DNA of 64,000 nt from Catajapyx aquilonaris (Eukaryota), in the NCBI GenBank assembly GCA_000934665.2, contig KZ538056.1, positions 1 through 64,000 of the forward strand. The letters run 5' to 3'. Position 1 is the stretch's first letter. Every line of letters begins with the position of its first letter. A program made the position numbers and the translations under genes. The notes under the pieces are model-generated. The model did not search any database. It was not told the DNA's origin and saw only the letters and a list, made by a program, of their open reading frames with translations. Positions 39,301 through 54,300 of this stretch are shown piece after piece.

Positions 39301-42300
39301 TCTATGACTGTAATATACTTCATAATTAAATGCTTGCTGGCTGCGTAAGGTCTGCTTGTCACACACGTTTGTGAAACATGAAAAGAGAAGGGAATTTAGC
39401 ACAATCAATTGCAGTACACCACAGAAAGTGTCTACAATACCTGTTACGTCACTTACATCATGTTAAATGCACAACTTTATTCCGCTATTTGGGATTTCGC
39501 TCATGAGTAGGTTGTTATTCTTTCATGTAACGAAATATGCAATAGGTTAGCAGTTTTGTCAATTAGTCCCTTGCGCCTCATCTTTGCTCAGAGACAAAGT
39601 TTCGATGTCCTACGGGACGTATGACTTTGTACCTTTATTGTTGACTATAAACCCTGAGAATAAAAAGCAGTCGTTCACACTTTTATTGAACGCAGATACT
39701 GCACTTTATACTACACATTTCATTACTGGTATGCTATATTATTATTCAACGTTGCAGAGTCTATACCTGCTACTCTGAATGCTACTGGGTCTGACATGTC
39801 ATTTTATTGTATTTTACAACCATGTATCCAATGTACAAAATGTAACATTTGTTACCCTGGTTGTGGTGCACAAATAAAGCGTCCTTCAGTTTCAAAACCT
39901 ACTTATCATAATTATGGTCCTGCATGATGATTAAATCGTGGATTTACTCATTACGGTCCTATAATATTATGCAACAAAAACTCATCTACTGTTTCCAACA
40001 CATTGTTTTTGCCGAGAAAGCCCCGCGTAAAAGGGACAGTAAATGTATGGTTACTAGAGAAGAATCTATAACGAACATACGGATTAGGCAGATATGATGC
40101 CATGCAATATATTTTTTTAGTGGATGGGGAAGGAGGTGGGAGGGGTGGCTGGGAGAGAGAGGGATGAGCCTGAGGCGGTTAATTGCAATGGCGTCCAATG
40201 TTTGCTAAAGTGTGTGTGCGGCTGTGCTGACCTTTCCCCTTCTGTTTGCGTGCCCCCAATGGCTTATGGAAAGCAAACACTTTCCTCCCACCCCACCCAA
40301 TCCCCCCTTTCCATCCCTCCCCCTCTCTTCCTCCCTCACCCTGCAGGATAGGCGTAGACTAGATTCTCCTGGGCCCTTTTGGAACTATGGGCTGATGTAT
40401 GAGGTGAATAGCACTTGAAGGAAGGAAAGCAACCTAACACCATTACCTCACCTGCACGGTATATCATAAGCCCACTTTCGCTCACCCAATCCCCAACCAC
40501 CAACATGCTCCCTATTCCTTATTCTTCCACAAGTAGCAAGAGACACTTCGTATGATAATGTAGTTTTCGCACAGCAGGAGATAGTGTCAGAGGTCTGTAA
40601 TACCTGCCAGATGAAAATTATTAAATTAGTATAGAACTTTATGCATGCCATATACACGTATTAGCATAGAGCAACTATCACTATTATGATGATGTTATAG
40701 CTTTGAATGCGATAGAAAAAAAACTGCAAGATCTGACAAATAAATAGACCTTCCATTCAGCTTGAACTAACAGTCATCTGCTGGACTCCTACACTGCTTA
40801 ATGACTCCCAAAGAGCAACTCCAGTAAGACAGGGACAATCTTTTCCATTTGATGTCATTGAGGAACCAAAGAGCAGTTCTTTCTGCTCATAAATATCATA
40901 TTTGGACTTCACAGACTATGTCATCCACTTTGATCGCATGATCCAGCTGCTAACTTTGCATGCAAAGCTTGTCGAAACTGGACCCAAAATCAAACCACGG
41001 ATGCATAATAACTTGGACCTACCACCGGAATATGTACTGCACCGGTACATGCATAATTATTACATCCACCACTCGACTAATTACGCACGACCAGCTGATC
41101 CTGTGCATATCTTCACTAATTCAACAGAACATCGATGCCAATAAGTACTGCTCACGGATAATTTATTAACTCCTTCGCAAGTAGGGGGAGGGGTGGATGC
41201 AATTTACAAAAACTTTTTTCAGCCATTAACCTGCGTAATGTACATTAATAGGAGCAGAATATACAAACGAACTTTATGCTCTCCAACTTCAAAGCAGGCT
41301 GTCATGATATGCCCAGATTAGAGACAGGAATGGGGTTTGCACTTTCCCAAGCAATTATACAACTTGGCACGAAGCAAATCAACCTGACATCATTAATTTA
41401 TAAAGAATATATTTTGGGGGTTGCAACAGTTCTTGTCTCCACTGGCTAGATGCAGTGCATTGGCGAGCAGGTTCTAATAATTACGAGCCCATCAACATAT
41501 GAGGAATTCTGGTCATCAAAGCCCTCTTTATTTTCACCGGCAGCAGCAGGTCTCTGCACATACAAAGAGTCAGGCTGCTGCTGCTGGGAGGGCATGAAGG
41601 GGATAGAGAGAGTCTATAGGGCGGGGGAGTATATAGGGAGTATTCTGTGCATTGCGGCTTCGTTGTGTTTGAGTCCGACAAACCTCAGCAGCTAATTTAC
41701 GCGCGTCACCCACCAGCACGAAACGAAAAAAAACAGCGGATGTATGCTCTATGCCTGCCCATGTGTGTGCTGCGGAAAGAGAGAAGGTATGAGGAAAACG
41801 TGACTATATCCTGTGCCCAGAAACTGCCTCCCATGGGCTATCGACATATTTTTTGCACAGATTATATTTGCTCACATGTCGTTTATAATAGGCTTCCGCT
41901 GTCATATACACCCACTAGTGTCAGTACAACTGACCTGTAATGCTTCGAGCATTGCTTTTTTATGCACTGCCTGAATTCCCAGTGTTCCCAGGCTGAGCCA
42001 TGCAATTGTATAGTTTCTTCCCAGCAGCCTTTGCTCCTTGAAGAAAGCTTGCAGGCGTCAGATTCGGTTAATTCCCGAACTGGCTTTTCCTTGGTTCCTT
42101 TATTTTTCTTGTGTGAGGGACTTCTTATCGGAGTGTCGCAGCTGCTACTCATGGCTTGGGTCAACCAAACTTAATCGCCGCACAAAGTTTGCTCGCCATA
42201 AATCGGAAGGGAACAGTGTGCAAAGGGGGTGGGGTGAGGTGGGAATGTGAAAAGGTAAAGGACCAAACTTCAACTGTTGCATTCAGCGTCAGTTCAGCAG

Positions 42301-45300
42301 AAATGCTTTGATATTCTTGACAATCAATGCGACATGGCCTGAGAGAGCGAGATGGGACAGGTAGCATGGATTCGAGAGGCTTCACCTTGAATTTCAATGG
42401 CCGCAGAAGTCGATATCAATCTTTGCTTCGGGTCAGAGGTTTCGGGGCTTTTTTAAAAAAATGATGTTCGCCAAGTTTTTAAAAACTCTCCTGGAGGTAC
42501 AATACGTGCACACCAGTTCAACGGACAATACACAAAAGAGAACTTTAAAGAGTAGTAACCGGTTAATTAGCTTAAAGATGAGTGGTGGCGTTGCATAAAT
42601 GATGATAAATCAATTTTTTGTGTAAGAAAGAACCTGCGGCGAATTAAAATAAAATGCACGAGCGTGAGGGACACTGCACTGTTGGCAGCCTTAAACTCTT
42701 CTGGGGCAAAAGGAGTCTATTTTTGTGTGGTAAGTGTGGAAGTCACGTACTAAAACACTTGATACCACAAGGTTTAGCCACAAAACATTTATGACAGATA
42801 TGGCAGCAAGCCTATTCCAAGAATAGAGACTTTTGGAGCGCACGACACATAATGATACAGAAGCAGAAGGGAAGTGGTTGCCACATGCGAGGCTATACAT
42901 TAGCATGTATATTTGGCCCACGAGGTGCTGGCACTTTCGGAGTTTCGGGAAGCCAACATTAAACACTTCACCCTGCGCATTAATGCACGAAAAATGTTGA
43001 CAATCTGACTCGTTAGGTCAACCACATCTCTTTAGAAATACAGTTAAAGTAATTGGTCCAGTCTCGCACATCATATTGGTCATGATAGTGGCGACCAGTC
43101 CCTTTGGAATGCGGTTGCCAGGTTCATGGAGTGTATCTGCCCGGTTCTTGGTCAAATGTCCAGGACATTAGGGCATGAAAGCCGACCTCCAGCCAGCCAG
43201 CCAGCCAGCCAGCCAGCCCTGGCTCTTTCAGTTGGTCGGTGTAGGCGCATTGATCGCGAGTGGTGCATGTACTGTACATGTCCAGCCAGTTGCGGCCTTT
43301 CCTGCAGCAGAGAGCAGTATTCATTCTGGGCGAACCGGTGGTGGGCAGTGCGCGCAGCGGTGCTGCTGCCCAGGATCAAATCAAAGTTGGTTGCAGTGAG
43401 CAGCGGCTGCCATGGAGACAATGGAATGAAGGAGTGTGCACCGGTGGTCACTGGTCGCTAGTTAGGCTGGGACTCCTTCTCCCGCTTCAATGAAACACAC
43501 GCCGCACCAATTCAAGGCATTTAACCCACCTGAATGTGCTGCCGGGCAGCCAGGACACCCCAGCCCGCATTTATTGCGACCACTGCTGATGCTCTCTCCC
43601 CCAATGAGCCATATACACGTACTGTGCTGTGGGTATATCTGCCTCGCTCATTTCTTCCTCGGATGGCCCCCTGCTCTGTATGACAAATGCAACCACTTCG
43701 TCGGACCGCCTACTCGCTGCTGGTATAATGTTATGATCTGCCTGATGCCCTGAATTAGAGTAAGGCGAGGGGGATGCCCAGCAACTAGCTAGCAAACCTT
43801 AAAAAATGCAATATTTTTTGGGTACACTTGAGAGTAAATCGATATCGAGGAGCTTAGTTGCCGAGACTGATATCTGCCTTTTTTTGGAATCGAATTTGAG
43901 CTTATAATATAGAACGGCGGTCCGTGCTGAACTACATCAGGGAATATCATAACCCCACGTCAAATATTGGGCGGATGTGGGCCCATAGGGGCCAAACAGC
44001 AGCAATGCATAATCAAACATCGGGGCATTCATGTTCGATCATTTGTTTCACAGTATGCACAGCTATAGACCTAACAGTTATTATTATTTGAGCACGTGGT
44101 GCCAGTTATAGGACTTCAGAGGGGCAACAGCCGCGCTGCTCGCGCTGCGTTATAATGATAAAATAATATACCCGGCCGTAGTCATATATTGAGTGCGCAA
44201 ACCTGTCCGAGATGTTGCAATTACTCAGTCACTCTACGACTCCTTGTCTTTGTAGGTGGGTCTTTTCAAGGGAGCTGAGTAATCATTTTCTGTCTGGGAC
44301 TTTAATTAGTTTGCAAGTTTGGCTAAGTAAACTTTCACTTGTCTTTGCCTTAGGAGGCGCCAAACGGAGGAGTCGGATTCACCTTCATCACTGGCTCGTC
44401 ACTTGGCTTAGTACATTTCCGGTGGATTTATGAACGGCCAACTGCTGGCGTTGCGAGGGGTGCATATTACGTGCAAATTGTCAACTGGAAACAGTCAAAG
44501 GGTGACGGTCAACTGATGCAGAGCACTCTGCGATCGCCTAAAATGAGTGACACTAATTACCTCATGTTGAAACCGTCTATGGCGCATCGACCCCTCCTGT
44601 AAATTTGCAACACCATCCGCTGCACTGCCGCCGATATCCCCGTGTACTGTATAAACCATATTATATTGTTGAGGGACAGAGCCCAGCATCGTTTGCTTGT
44701 GGCCGCCCAGGGATAGCACTGCACACGGTATTATAGGAAGGGTGACGGGGCACTGCAGCAGGGAACGATTATTTCCATGCCGGCGCGGAACCGGAGCCTC
44801 AGGAGGCCATCGGCACGGCCGACAGCGCTTCATATTGTGAAACCTGTAATAAGTGCTGCCGGGTCCCATTAAAATTGCAGCGATACAGGTCCGGCAGACG
44901 GGGGCCTTTGGTTTCTGCTGCCCATGATTCCGATGCATAATTCATTTTGGCGTAGGGAGCCAGACAGGTTGTTATTAAAGGTGGGGGTTAAGGGATTAGT
45001 AGGGTGCTTAACAGCACTGCTTCCCCAATCCCTGAGCGACAGGCAGGCATGGGAGCACCAACAGCTATCGGCCTATATTATGTACACAGTAGTATACACG
45101 TACCTGAATGTATCCGCCCTGGCAGTGGGTGGCGTTGATGAGGCGGCCAATCTTGAATCGCTTGAAGCGGATCCGCAGGACCCAGTCTCTCAAACTTCCG
45201 CGGAAGGGTCGGAAGCGGTACCAGCACATCATGGGCTTCCCCCAGTTCTCCTTGGTCACCTCGGGACTAGCCACATCCTCGTAAATTTCAACAGTCTTGT

Positions 45301-48300
45301 TGCACTGGTCTTTCACCCTCTCCGCTGGAATCAAGCGAACCACACATTTTATTAAACGACATATGCGACAAAAAACATCACGCTTTTACACAACAGTAAC
45401 CTTAAACAATGGCCATTTTTCGCGAAATGACTGCGAAGGGTGGTGGGAGTAATTTCCCCGTTAATTATTTTCATGCAGGTTATGCGCTTGTCATTTGGGC
45501 TGGGAAACGTGACGCTGTCAGCCCAAGTTTCCACGGTCTCTCTTATGTGCTGTAAATTGGGGATTGGGAGGCCTTGATGAAGGGTCCGTGTAAATCTTCT
45601 CTCCCGCTGGATCTCATTTTAGCAAGTGGAAGAAAGGAAATCCTCCCCAGCCCTTTACACTCCACCCCCTCCTTTCCACTGCAGAGGTGGTTACATTTGT
45701 ATGATTTACGGTTCCAAATGACTGGCTCCTCCTAACGAGGAGCCAGTCAATGCAGTCTCAAGATGCGATTTCTGAGGGCACACAAAAAAAAGGAGGAGAT
45801 AGATGTGCGGGAGAGTGGATGGTGGGTGGGTGGGTTTGAGGAAGAGGTGGAGAAAGAGGGTCTTTTCCGCTTAATCCCACAGCATGCAGCATCAGACGTC
45901 TTTGGGCCAAAAAAATGACGGTGGAAAAGAGATGGGCCGACAGCTGCCGACTTAGGTTGGAAGATAAAAATAAGACTCGGTTGGACGCCTCCTGGTGGGT
46001 AGATTGATAAGCAGATGGACAGATGGATAAATGTAGGAAATCGCGACATGTCGTTTGCCGTACCGTACCAGCACACGTGCAGCTTTCCTTTCTCTCTACC
46101 CGACCTTTACTACCTATCCATCTTCCGCTTACAAACGTTTCGGTTGTAATTCCGTGCCCGGCGCAGGATTACACGTCATTCCGCAGCCTTTGCCTGTGTC
46201 TTTTCTTTGGTGCTGTCTGCGTGACCTGAAGACAAATCAAGCTGGCTTGCTCGAGAAGGCAAGGATCACTCTCTCTGGGTTCTCTCTCTTTCCTTCACTC
46301 ATTTCCTGCCTGGTGCCCGACCTTCTCCACTTCTTCCAAGTACGTACATCGAATGCCTTTCCATATTTCTTTTTTTTTTCTATCCAGCTCCCCACTTCCC
46401 AGTTCACCCCGAACTGTCTCTCCCTGTCTGCAGGAAATGGCCGCAGGAAATGTAATAAGTTTGCGGGAGATTTCCACATCGCTTATGAAATTCGCTCGGC
46501 GCAGCAGCAGCCAGATATCAAGCTCTCTGCCTCGCTCCCTCTCTTTCTCTTCCCTTCCTTTCCATTTCCCACTCGATATAATATCTCTGGTCTACCAATA
46601 TATATATCTGCAACATTTCGCAGACCTTGCACAAATCTTCGGGGTTTTTTTTAAGGGGGGTGGGGGGAAGTGTAGAAGCCCTGAGGGAGCCTCATGCTCC
46701 TCCACCCCACTTCCTTCTCCTTCAATTCATCGATTAATTGACAGGCGGATACGTGACGGATTCCCTTAACCCTCTCATCCTAATTGGCAGCCAGGAGGCG
46801 AGTCTCTCATTTGCATAATTCTCTTACGGCCCACCCTGCCAAAACGGAGCCCAACATGGCACCCGCTTATTGCTCTTGTATACCGCATATCAAATGTAGG
46901 CTGGGCTTGCATAAAAACCCGACTCTATCCTCGTCTCCTGCCGAGTTAGGTCCTCTCCAACTGCATGCGCTGCTGGTAATAATCTAAACATACGCATAAT
47001 TCGATGCTGGCACGGGTGTAAAAATTGTTGTTCCGACTTGATAAGCCCGCTCTATTCTGTAATAATCCTTTACATTGGAGGCTAACCATGCAGACTACAG
47101 CAGGCTGAGCTGATTTTTTGGGAATATACTGTATGAACATGAATGAAAAATGGACATGCTTCTGCGCATTTTTTAGTGTAACGGAATATTCAACTTTCCG
47201 GGCTTTTTACGGGAATTATTACAGTGTCTCTTAAAATTTCATTGCAGTTGCAATACCATGCCGGAATTAGATTTCAGGAACAGTAACGTGCTTCTTTGAC
47301 GGCATATCATTCAGTTGACCGCTTACAAATGAAGCTGTAATATGTTTTGCACTCCCTACCTGCACGGACTCCATTGCAGTACATTTCAAGAGCAACTGCG
47401 TGAAGTCGCTTTATGTGCAAAATTATACGTACAGTCCCATTTTGCATGAAAACTGAGTCGATTTTTTTTTTACTTTTATATTTCTGCAAAATTCCTGGCC
47501 GAGGTTGAATGACGATGTAACTAATGCACATTTAACATTCTATTAGTGACTTGAACTCAAATTGATGCGATGAACACCATCTGTAGACTCTTGCGGGTCA
47601 GCCATTCTGAATTTCTCCCCCTGAATAATTATTATATTATTTATGACCTCTGCTGGCATTTACTACCATGTATATCATTCATTATGTGAAAAGTGCATTC
47701 TGGCGATCCGTCCTGCTCAATGACCTTGAAATCGTGGAGTTCATCCTGGCAGTCCGCTAACCCAAGTGCCTCAACTGTTCGCCGCATTGCATAAAGGCAC
47801 GGGGCAAATCCCTCCTGGCCATTGCCTTCCCCCTGGGCAGAGACACCCCCTGCAGCTCTTGGAATCTCCTTTTAGAACACCCCCTGCCCGCTTTCCTTCA
47901 TTTCTGGCCCGAGTTGGCGAGCGTTTATTGGCCAGTTTCATGCACCCCCCATCCACCCTCCCTCCTGCACCTTTACGTGCCCATAAAAGCCCGCACCCGC
48001 TTAATTAGTGAACCCCCGCCAGCCATGTTGAAAAGTTGACAAGTGTCGAGCGTACAGGCCAGGTAAGGTATTGACGTAGCTGGATTACTTGCGGAGAACC
48101 CCCTCTGTCTCAAGAAGGCAGACATGGAGCTTCATTTCATGGCAACCCTCACTACTGACCATTCACACTTCCCCCTGCCCGGACTTCAATCTCTCTGCAA
48201 ATATTTGCTTAGCGTCAAAGGAACGTTTGGAAATGCCCAGATCTGTCCAGTGCCTGGGGAAGGGGGGGGGGGAGGCGGCGGGGAAAAGGGAACGGAGGAT

Positions 48301-51300
48301 GAGGTGGTGGCAAGGGGAAAGATTGGATCCTCCCCACCCCTCATCCTCCCTTTTTTTCAGCCAAGATGGTGGCGGCGACGGGTATATATGGAAGAAAAAA
48401 AAGGGAGGGGAGAGGATGGGGAGGGAGATATTCGCAGCTGCTGCCTTTTGTGGATGAGGCCAGCCAGGCAGGAAATTGCTATCTCGCTGATTTGCACAAC
48501 ATAAACTCGCCAACGCAAGGGAAGATGGGATCTCGAGGGAAATAAGGCGGACTCTGCCGTCCTACCTGCCTTGACACATTATATAGAGATATACACCTTT
48601 TTGAGACACTTATGTACACCTTCAAAATGGCCAAGTCCATATGTTGGGTGTCAGAAGGCACATGTAATTATCCTGAAGCCATAATAACATGTTGGCGGAG
48701 TAAAATGATTTTTCCAGAGGCCTGTAAAAAGCTGCAGTGTCAGCCGGTAAGCTCGCTGGTCGGGCATTATTACTTAAGTAGGATCGCTTTTCTCGGCCAT
48801 AAACCCAGCAGGGCCAGCTGCTTTATCTTTCACAACACATAAGATTCCACCTTACAGTGCAGTCGGCCGCGCTATCCTCGACAGCCCCCATGTAGAATCC
48901 GCTGTCGTACCGCATTATCCGAGTGCAGTGCAGCACATCCCAGAGTCTCCTTTCTCACTTAGCCATGTTGCCACGCTTCCTTCCTCTAGCATTTATTTCT
49001 CAACACTATAATGCAGCACGGTAATGACCTAAATCCAGGACTGATGTGATTATGCGGGCTCTAATTATATTGTTGGGCGATTCCATGAGGATGCGCTAAT
49101 TGGGACGTTGTAAAAGCCTTTTTTTGTCGGGGTTTGAGAGTAGGAGGGTGGGATATGGAAGAGTGGGTGGGGGGGAATGTATCTGTTCACAAACAAGTCG
49201 TATTTCACGCCTTCTCGGGAAGGCAGCTTTTCCCTTTCGCTTATTGAAACCACAATCTTGGAAGATTTATTATATGGGGGTTGTGCTGGCGGGTATGCGC
49301 AGGGATGCCTGATAAATCAATTCGTCCCTGGGGATTCCAATTTTGACTTTCCGATCGCTGGTGGTTTGGAGAGTGGGTTGCGATGTAGGGTGGTTGGGGA
49401 GGGGGAGTGTGGTAGAGTGAAATCCATATGTATCGGGCTTAGTGCGGCTGACATGCATTTGTTTATTTCAAGCCGCAGTTGAACGCACATAACAAACTGG
49501 AGTCCTATTTTGGGTTGGGGTGAGATGGGAAAAAAAATGGTAGGCAGCTGAGTTGTGGCCTACGGTTGCGTAGGGGAATTGCATTCTTGCCTTTTTGCTC
49601 CTGCTGGCTAAGGTTGCGCGGAAGACGAATGAGGACAGATTGCCAACCCGAGACGACGATGATGATTATCGTCGCCAGCAGATTTAGCGCGGCAATGAAA
49701 GTGAAATGCAAGGCGGGAAGTTGTCCCCAAATGCGCGACAGTTGTGCATATTTTTGTCGCTCTTAATTAAGGGGGCATCCTTATTAAGCGCCGGGCTTTT
49801 AATGACTCCCCTAGCAGAAGCAGCAGGCAAAGGAGGCAAGGAATGGTATAGTGAAACTGCGTACAACAAGACTCCTAGCTAGAAGCTTCGGCTGCCGACG
49901 GATTTTTCTTTTCTTCCCCACTCCAACCACTTCTTCCCTTCGCCCAAACTTTCTGCTTATAACAAAGTCCCGACGGCTTCAAATTGATTACAGAGTTGCA
50001 CATTCCTTTTGTCAAGACATAGCAAAGTTGCTTCTCTCCCCCCAGCTCCCATCACCCCCATCACCCACCTCCACCTCTTCCAGATTCGATTATTATTTGA
50101 AGAAATAGTTCAAAGGAAGGTGGGGAAAGGAAGGGGAGACGCAATAAGAAGAAAAAAAAAAGAAGAAGAAGCAAAAGAAGAAGAAGAAGAGAATCTTTCT
50201 CCGACCCAACCCCTTCCAGCTGGAAATTAACTCAGGGGTGGGTGGAGTTAGGAAAGGACCAGGAGGAAGTCAGAGAAAAGAAGAGATAAAGCAAGAGGAA
50301 AATTCGCAGGAAGGATGAAGTTTTCGACACGTCAAATTGTCACTCCTTTTTGCTCTCCACAAATCCCACTTTTTCTTCTTTTTTATTTTTTTTCCTCTCT
50401 TTTCGCAGCAGGCTCCCTTGTTCTTCCTCCACCCCCATATTGCGATAATTAGGAAAAGTCTGAAATTGCGGGCATTCATCCGGGCGACATTTTCTGCTCT
50501 GGAACAGAGTCAAAGAGGAGTAAGGGAAGGGGAAAAAATCTCAGTGTCCTGAGAGTTCCAAGACTGGCCAATCTGTTCGCTTCAGAGGAGTGCTACAGTA
50601 ACGAGTGAGCTGGTAGTAATAAGGTCAGTTAGGAGTAGTAGGGGAGAGGAGAGGAAGGATAGGGGAGGGGGAGATCAGGAGGATTCGTACCAAGTGCTTA
50701 TTTTCCTCGTTGGAGAAATTGGAAGGAGGTGAGAGAGAGGTGGTCGTGAATCCGGGGGGGTGCTAACTCCATTAGGGCGGCAGGTGACGAGAACTAATTG
50801 CATTTGTTAAAGTGGGCTATGGGAGGCCGGAGAGCTTTGGCTTGGTGGGTGGGTGGGTGTGGAAGAGAGGGAGGGAGGGACAAGGGGGGAGGGGTAAATG
50901 GCGCCTTTGCTCACGTCACCCTGCCAAAGTCCTTATTCATCTGCTCCCATCCATACCATCCGTCACTTGTCCCAAAACCTGGCCCCAGTGCTGCCGGCAG
51001 GCAAGGACTAAGGGTATCATCTTCCTTCTCAACTTGTACCCAGAGTTAGGCTACACCTTCTAGTTACAATATGCAAGGTCAGCCGTCAAACTCATATAAC
51101 GCTTTGAATAAATTAATCACAGCTGGACTAGTGCAATGTTTCTCGAGAGGTTAATGGCGATAGTGATTGCGTAATCTCATTTGGAAATGTGTTGAAAGCC
51201 AGCATATTCATAATTGTCATAGTGGGCTACAGGTCAAGGTGCACATCATCTAATGAATTGCAGAGATTCTTATTATCTTATTCAGTGTAAGGGTGAGTCA

Positions 51301-54300
51301 GAACTCCAGGTCAGTCTCAACTTTCTACCCTTTGGATTATGCGGAAATCCTTAGTACAGTATTAGTAATTAACTAATAATTATGAACCGGTTCTGATCAT
51401 TGACATAAGCATACTGTATTAAGCCATATCTGCAGTTTAATAACATTATAAAGATATTTTGAATGTCCTCGTATATATATTCAGTGTGCGTACAGCAAAA
51501 TAATGAATAATATTGAACTAAACTTGTAACCTACTGTCGAACATAGGCCTATTCTGTATTGACTTTTTTGCGGCAATAACGGAGTATATGCTATAATGAC
51601 CTTTACTGCGCCATTTAATTAGAATGTAGATTTTTTTCTCACCGATAATACAGTAATTTGTGCACACAAGGAATATTAATCTGCACTCAGTTTTCAGAGA
51701 ACATCATACACTACAACACTATAGGATCCATACTACAATGCGTTGCCACTGAATTAATTAAATTTTATGCATGTGAACACAAAGCAAACTATAAGGTATA
51801 CTCTGCTCTGTAATCGAAAAAATGTGTAGCTCCCAAAAATGGACTCAGCCTATGATCCCCGAGGCAGTGAGAGACAGCTAAGCAGCGTTTTTTCGTGGAT
51901 TAATAAATGTCATTTTTCAAATGCATTTATATCTGTGGTTTTAAAATTATGTTAAATTACTCTACCGGTACGTATTACTCTGTGAAGGACAGTTATCCAA
52001 ATTAATTACCGGATTAATTGGTTATTTCAAATTGGAGTGTGTACAAGTGCTATTTTGCAATCGCATATATTCATTACTTCCCAATAATGTCACTTTGACA
52101 ATTTGTGGTGCAGAGTAATTGAAAGAATGCGAGCAAATTGGGTAGTAAATCCCTTACGAAAAGTGTTTGAATTTGCACCCCTAATTTAAGCATCGGAGAC
52201 ACTGTACTCTACATTGGATGTGTCAAAGGAGAGAGATCCATACTCCTGATCCGTGTAACCTAACCGTCGAAAGGTATTTATACGCTCCAACTCTTGCCGA
52301 AGGACTGCGGTTAAAACAGTCTAGTATAGCAACGGTCTGGCAGCACACAGACACTGTACAGTACTGGCTGGCACCCCCATTGACTCGCAGTTAAACTGCT
52401 TTGGCACTAGAGTTACTCAAAGTATGAGAAGGAAAAGGCTCCGGTATGATTGTGGATACTTGATGTGCAACTGCCCGTATAGTTACAGGGTAATCTTGCA
52501 TGCAAGCTGTCCAGTGCAGCTGGGCTTTCATGCCGGTATATAGAAAGGGATCTCTGTCACTTTGTGACATCGCTATTGGGACTCGGATATCATAGGGAAG
52601 GGGACCGGAAAAACTATTCCGACTGGCTGCTGCCCATTTACAATGCACATGAAGGACACTCGGACACTGCAGCAGATCAGTGCGTATTCATGGACAACGT
52701 GTATAAATTACAGCAAGTAATACAGCCATATGCATTTGTCATCACTGTATAGCAGTGGCTATATGAACAAAGACTGTACTGCTGAAAACGCGTACCTTTA
52801 CACGTATAGGTTTTTGTTTCAAAAAACTATGTAGATTTACAGTACAATGCAGCCTATGAACTAAAAATAATTGTAAATTATAAAGATGTACCTTAATCAT
52901 GGCAATAATGAGGAATCAGCACTTTTATTGAATCTACTGTATGTAACAAGTTTAATTGTAATTACGGATATTATTTCGGCAGTAATGTGCCACAGATGGT
53001 AAGAACCTTGTGCCAGACCAGGAAGGTCATGCAATCCAACTCAAAAACTTCTTCACTTCAAGTGGGTGCTGGGAAGGAAGAGTAGAAAATGGGAGGACCA
53101 CTCTCTCCCCAATTCACTTGTCTGCAGAATGAAAGTTTGTAACGGCCAGTATAAGTATACTGTATGTGGGTGCCGGCGAGCGGGTGGAGCATAGGACCAC
53201 TGCCAAAAATGTACTTTTGCTCCTGGAGGACTGTATGGAAGGCGAAAATTGCCTCTCTCGCGGTTTTCTAAGTGGTTCTCTTACGTTTAAAAAAAAACGC
53301 AGCAGTGTCTGAGCAGGTCTGGGTGTGCTGGGCTCCTTCGGGGCATGGCCGCGGTTTCAAAATGTATTTCCGCACAAATTAAGTACATTGCTCAGCTTGC
53401 GTGCAGTGGATGCTGGTGTTGCCAGGGATGAAGCCAGGTCGGAAAGTGCCAGTTCCCGCTCCTGTTTAATTGAAGTCTAACTCCCAAAAGTAGTTAAGGC
53501 GGAATGGGAGAGAAAATAAGGCCCGATGCCAAGTTGGCATCCGGGAATCGGCGCTAAATATTTCCTAGCAAGTGTCAGTGACGTCTTTCCAACCGACGTT
53601 GTCACGTTTTGTTCCGTTCGTCGGTGGCACGGACAAGAGAAATCCATCCGAGCAAGCATGCGCACCCTATACCTTCCTCTTGGTTCAGAGGTCTGCCTGC
53701 ATACAACTATATGTGTCACCGGACCCATAATTTTCCTATGATGCATCAGAAGGAATTAAGCAAAAGACTTGGGGGGGGGNGGGGGGGTAGTACCCTGATA
53801 GAGCATAAAATGGTAAAGTTCAAATGGCGCCATTAGCGTTTGTCATCTTGACGAGCAAGGGAAGCGGAAGTAATCAAGAGGAGGCGAGATGAAGGGAGTG
53901 CTAGAGAGGGTAGGGGGGTAAAGGATGGGCAATCACGTTTGAAGAAAGCTTGATTTTCTGAGAGCAGGTGAGCTGAACGGGTCCATCAATCTGCATCCGG
54001 GAGGCAGGACGGTACGGCACTTACGAGGCATTGCATGTGTGCTTGCAGCATGGGGTTGGGAACGTGATTGGAGGGATGCAGGAGGCCCAGGGAGAAGAGG
54101 ATATCCTCATTTGGAACCCTCAAGGAGGAAAAGGGGGGGACAAAGAGTTAGAACTCCATCCATGCAGCACTCCATTCAATCCACCCTCTCCCTTTCCCTC
54201 CCTGCTCCCATCTCCCTCCCGCAGTGCCTTAATCGAGTTTAGCTACTGAAATCAATTAGGCCTGATGCGATGGTTGTGGGAGGGAAAAGCAGACTGGGTG

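Noticed and set aside
18000..45000. Many 60-150 aa ORFs in intron 2 as a possible nested gene
   Set aside because: Low-complexity or random composition, no domain motifs, no consistent exon chain. A short nested gene cannot be excluded without BLASTX or RNA-seq.
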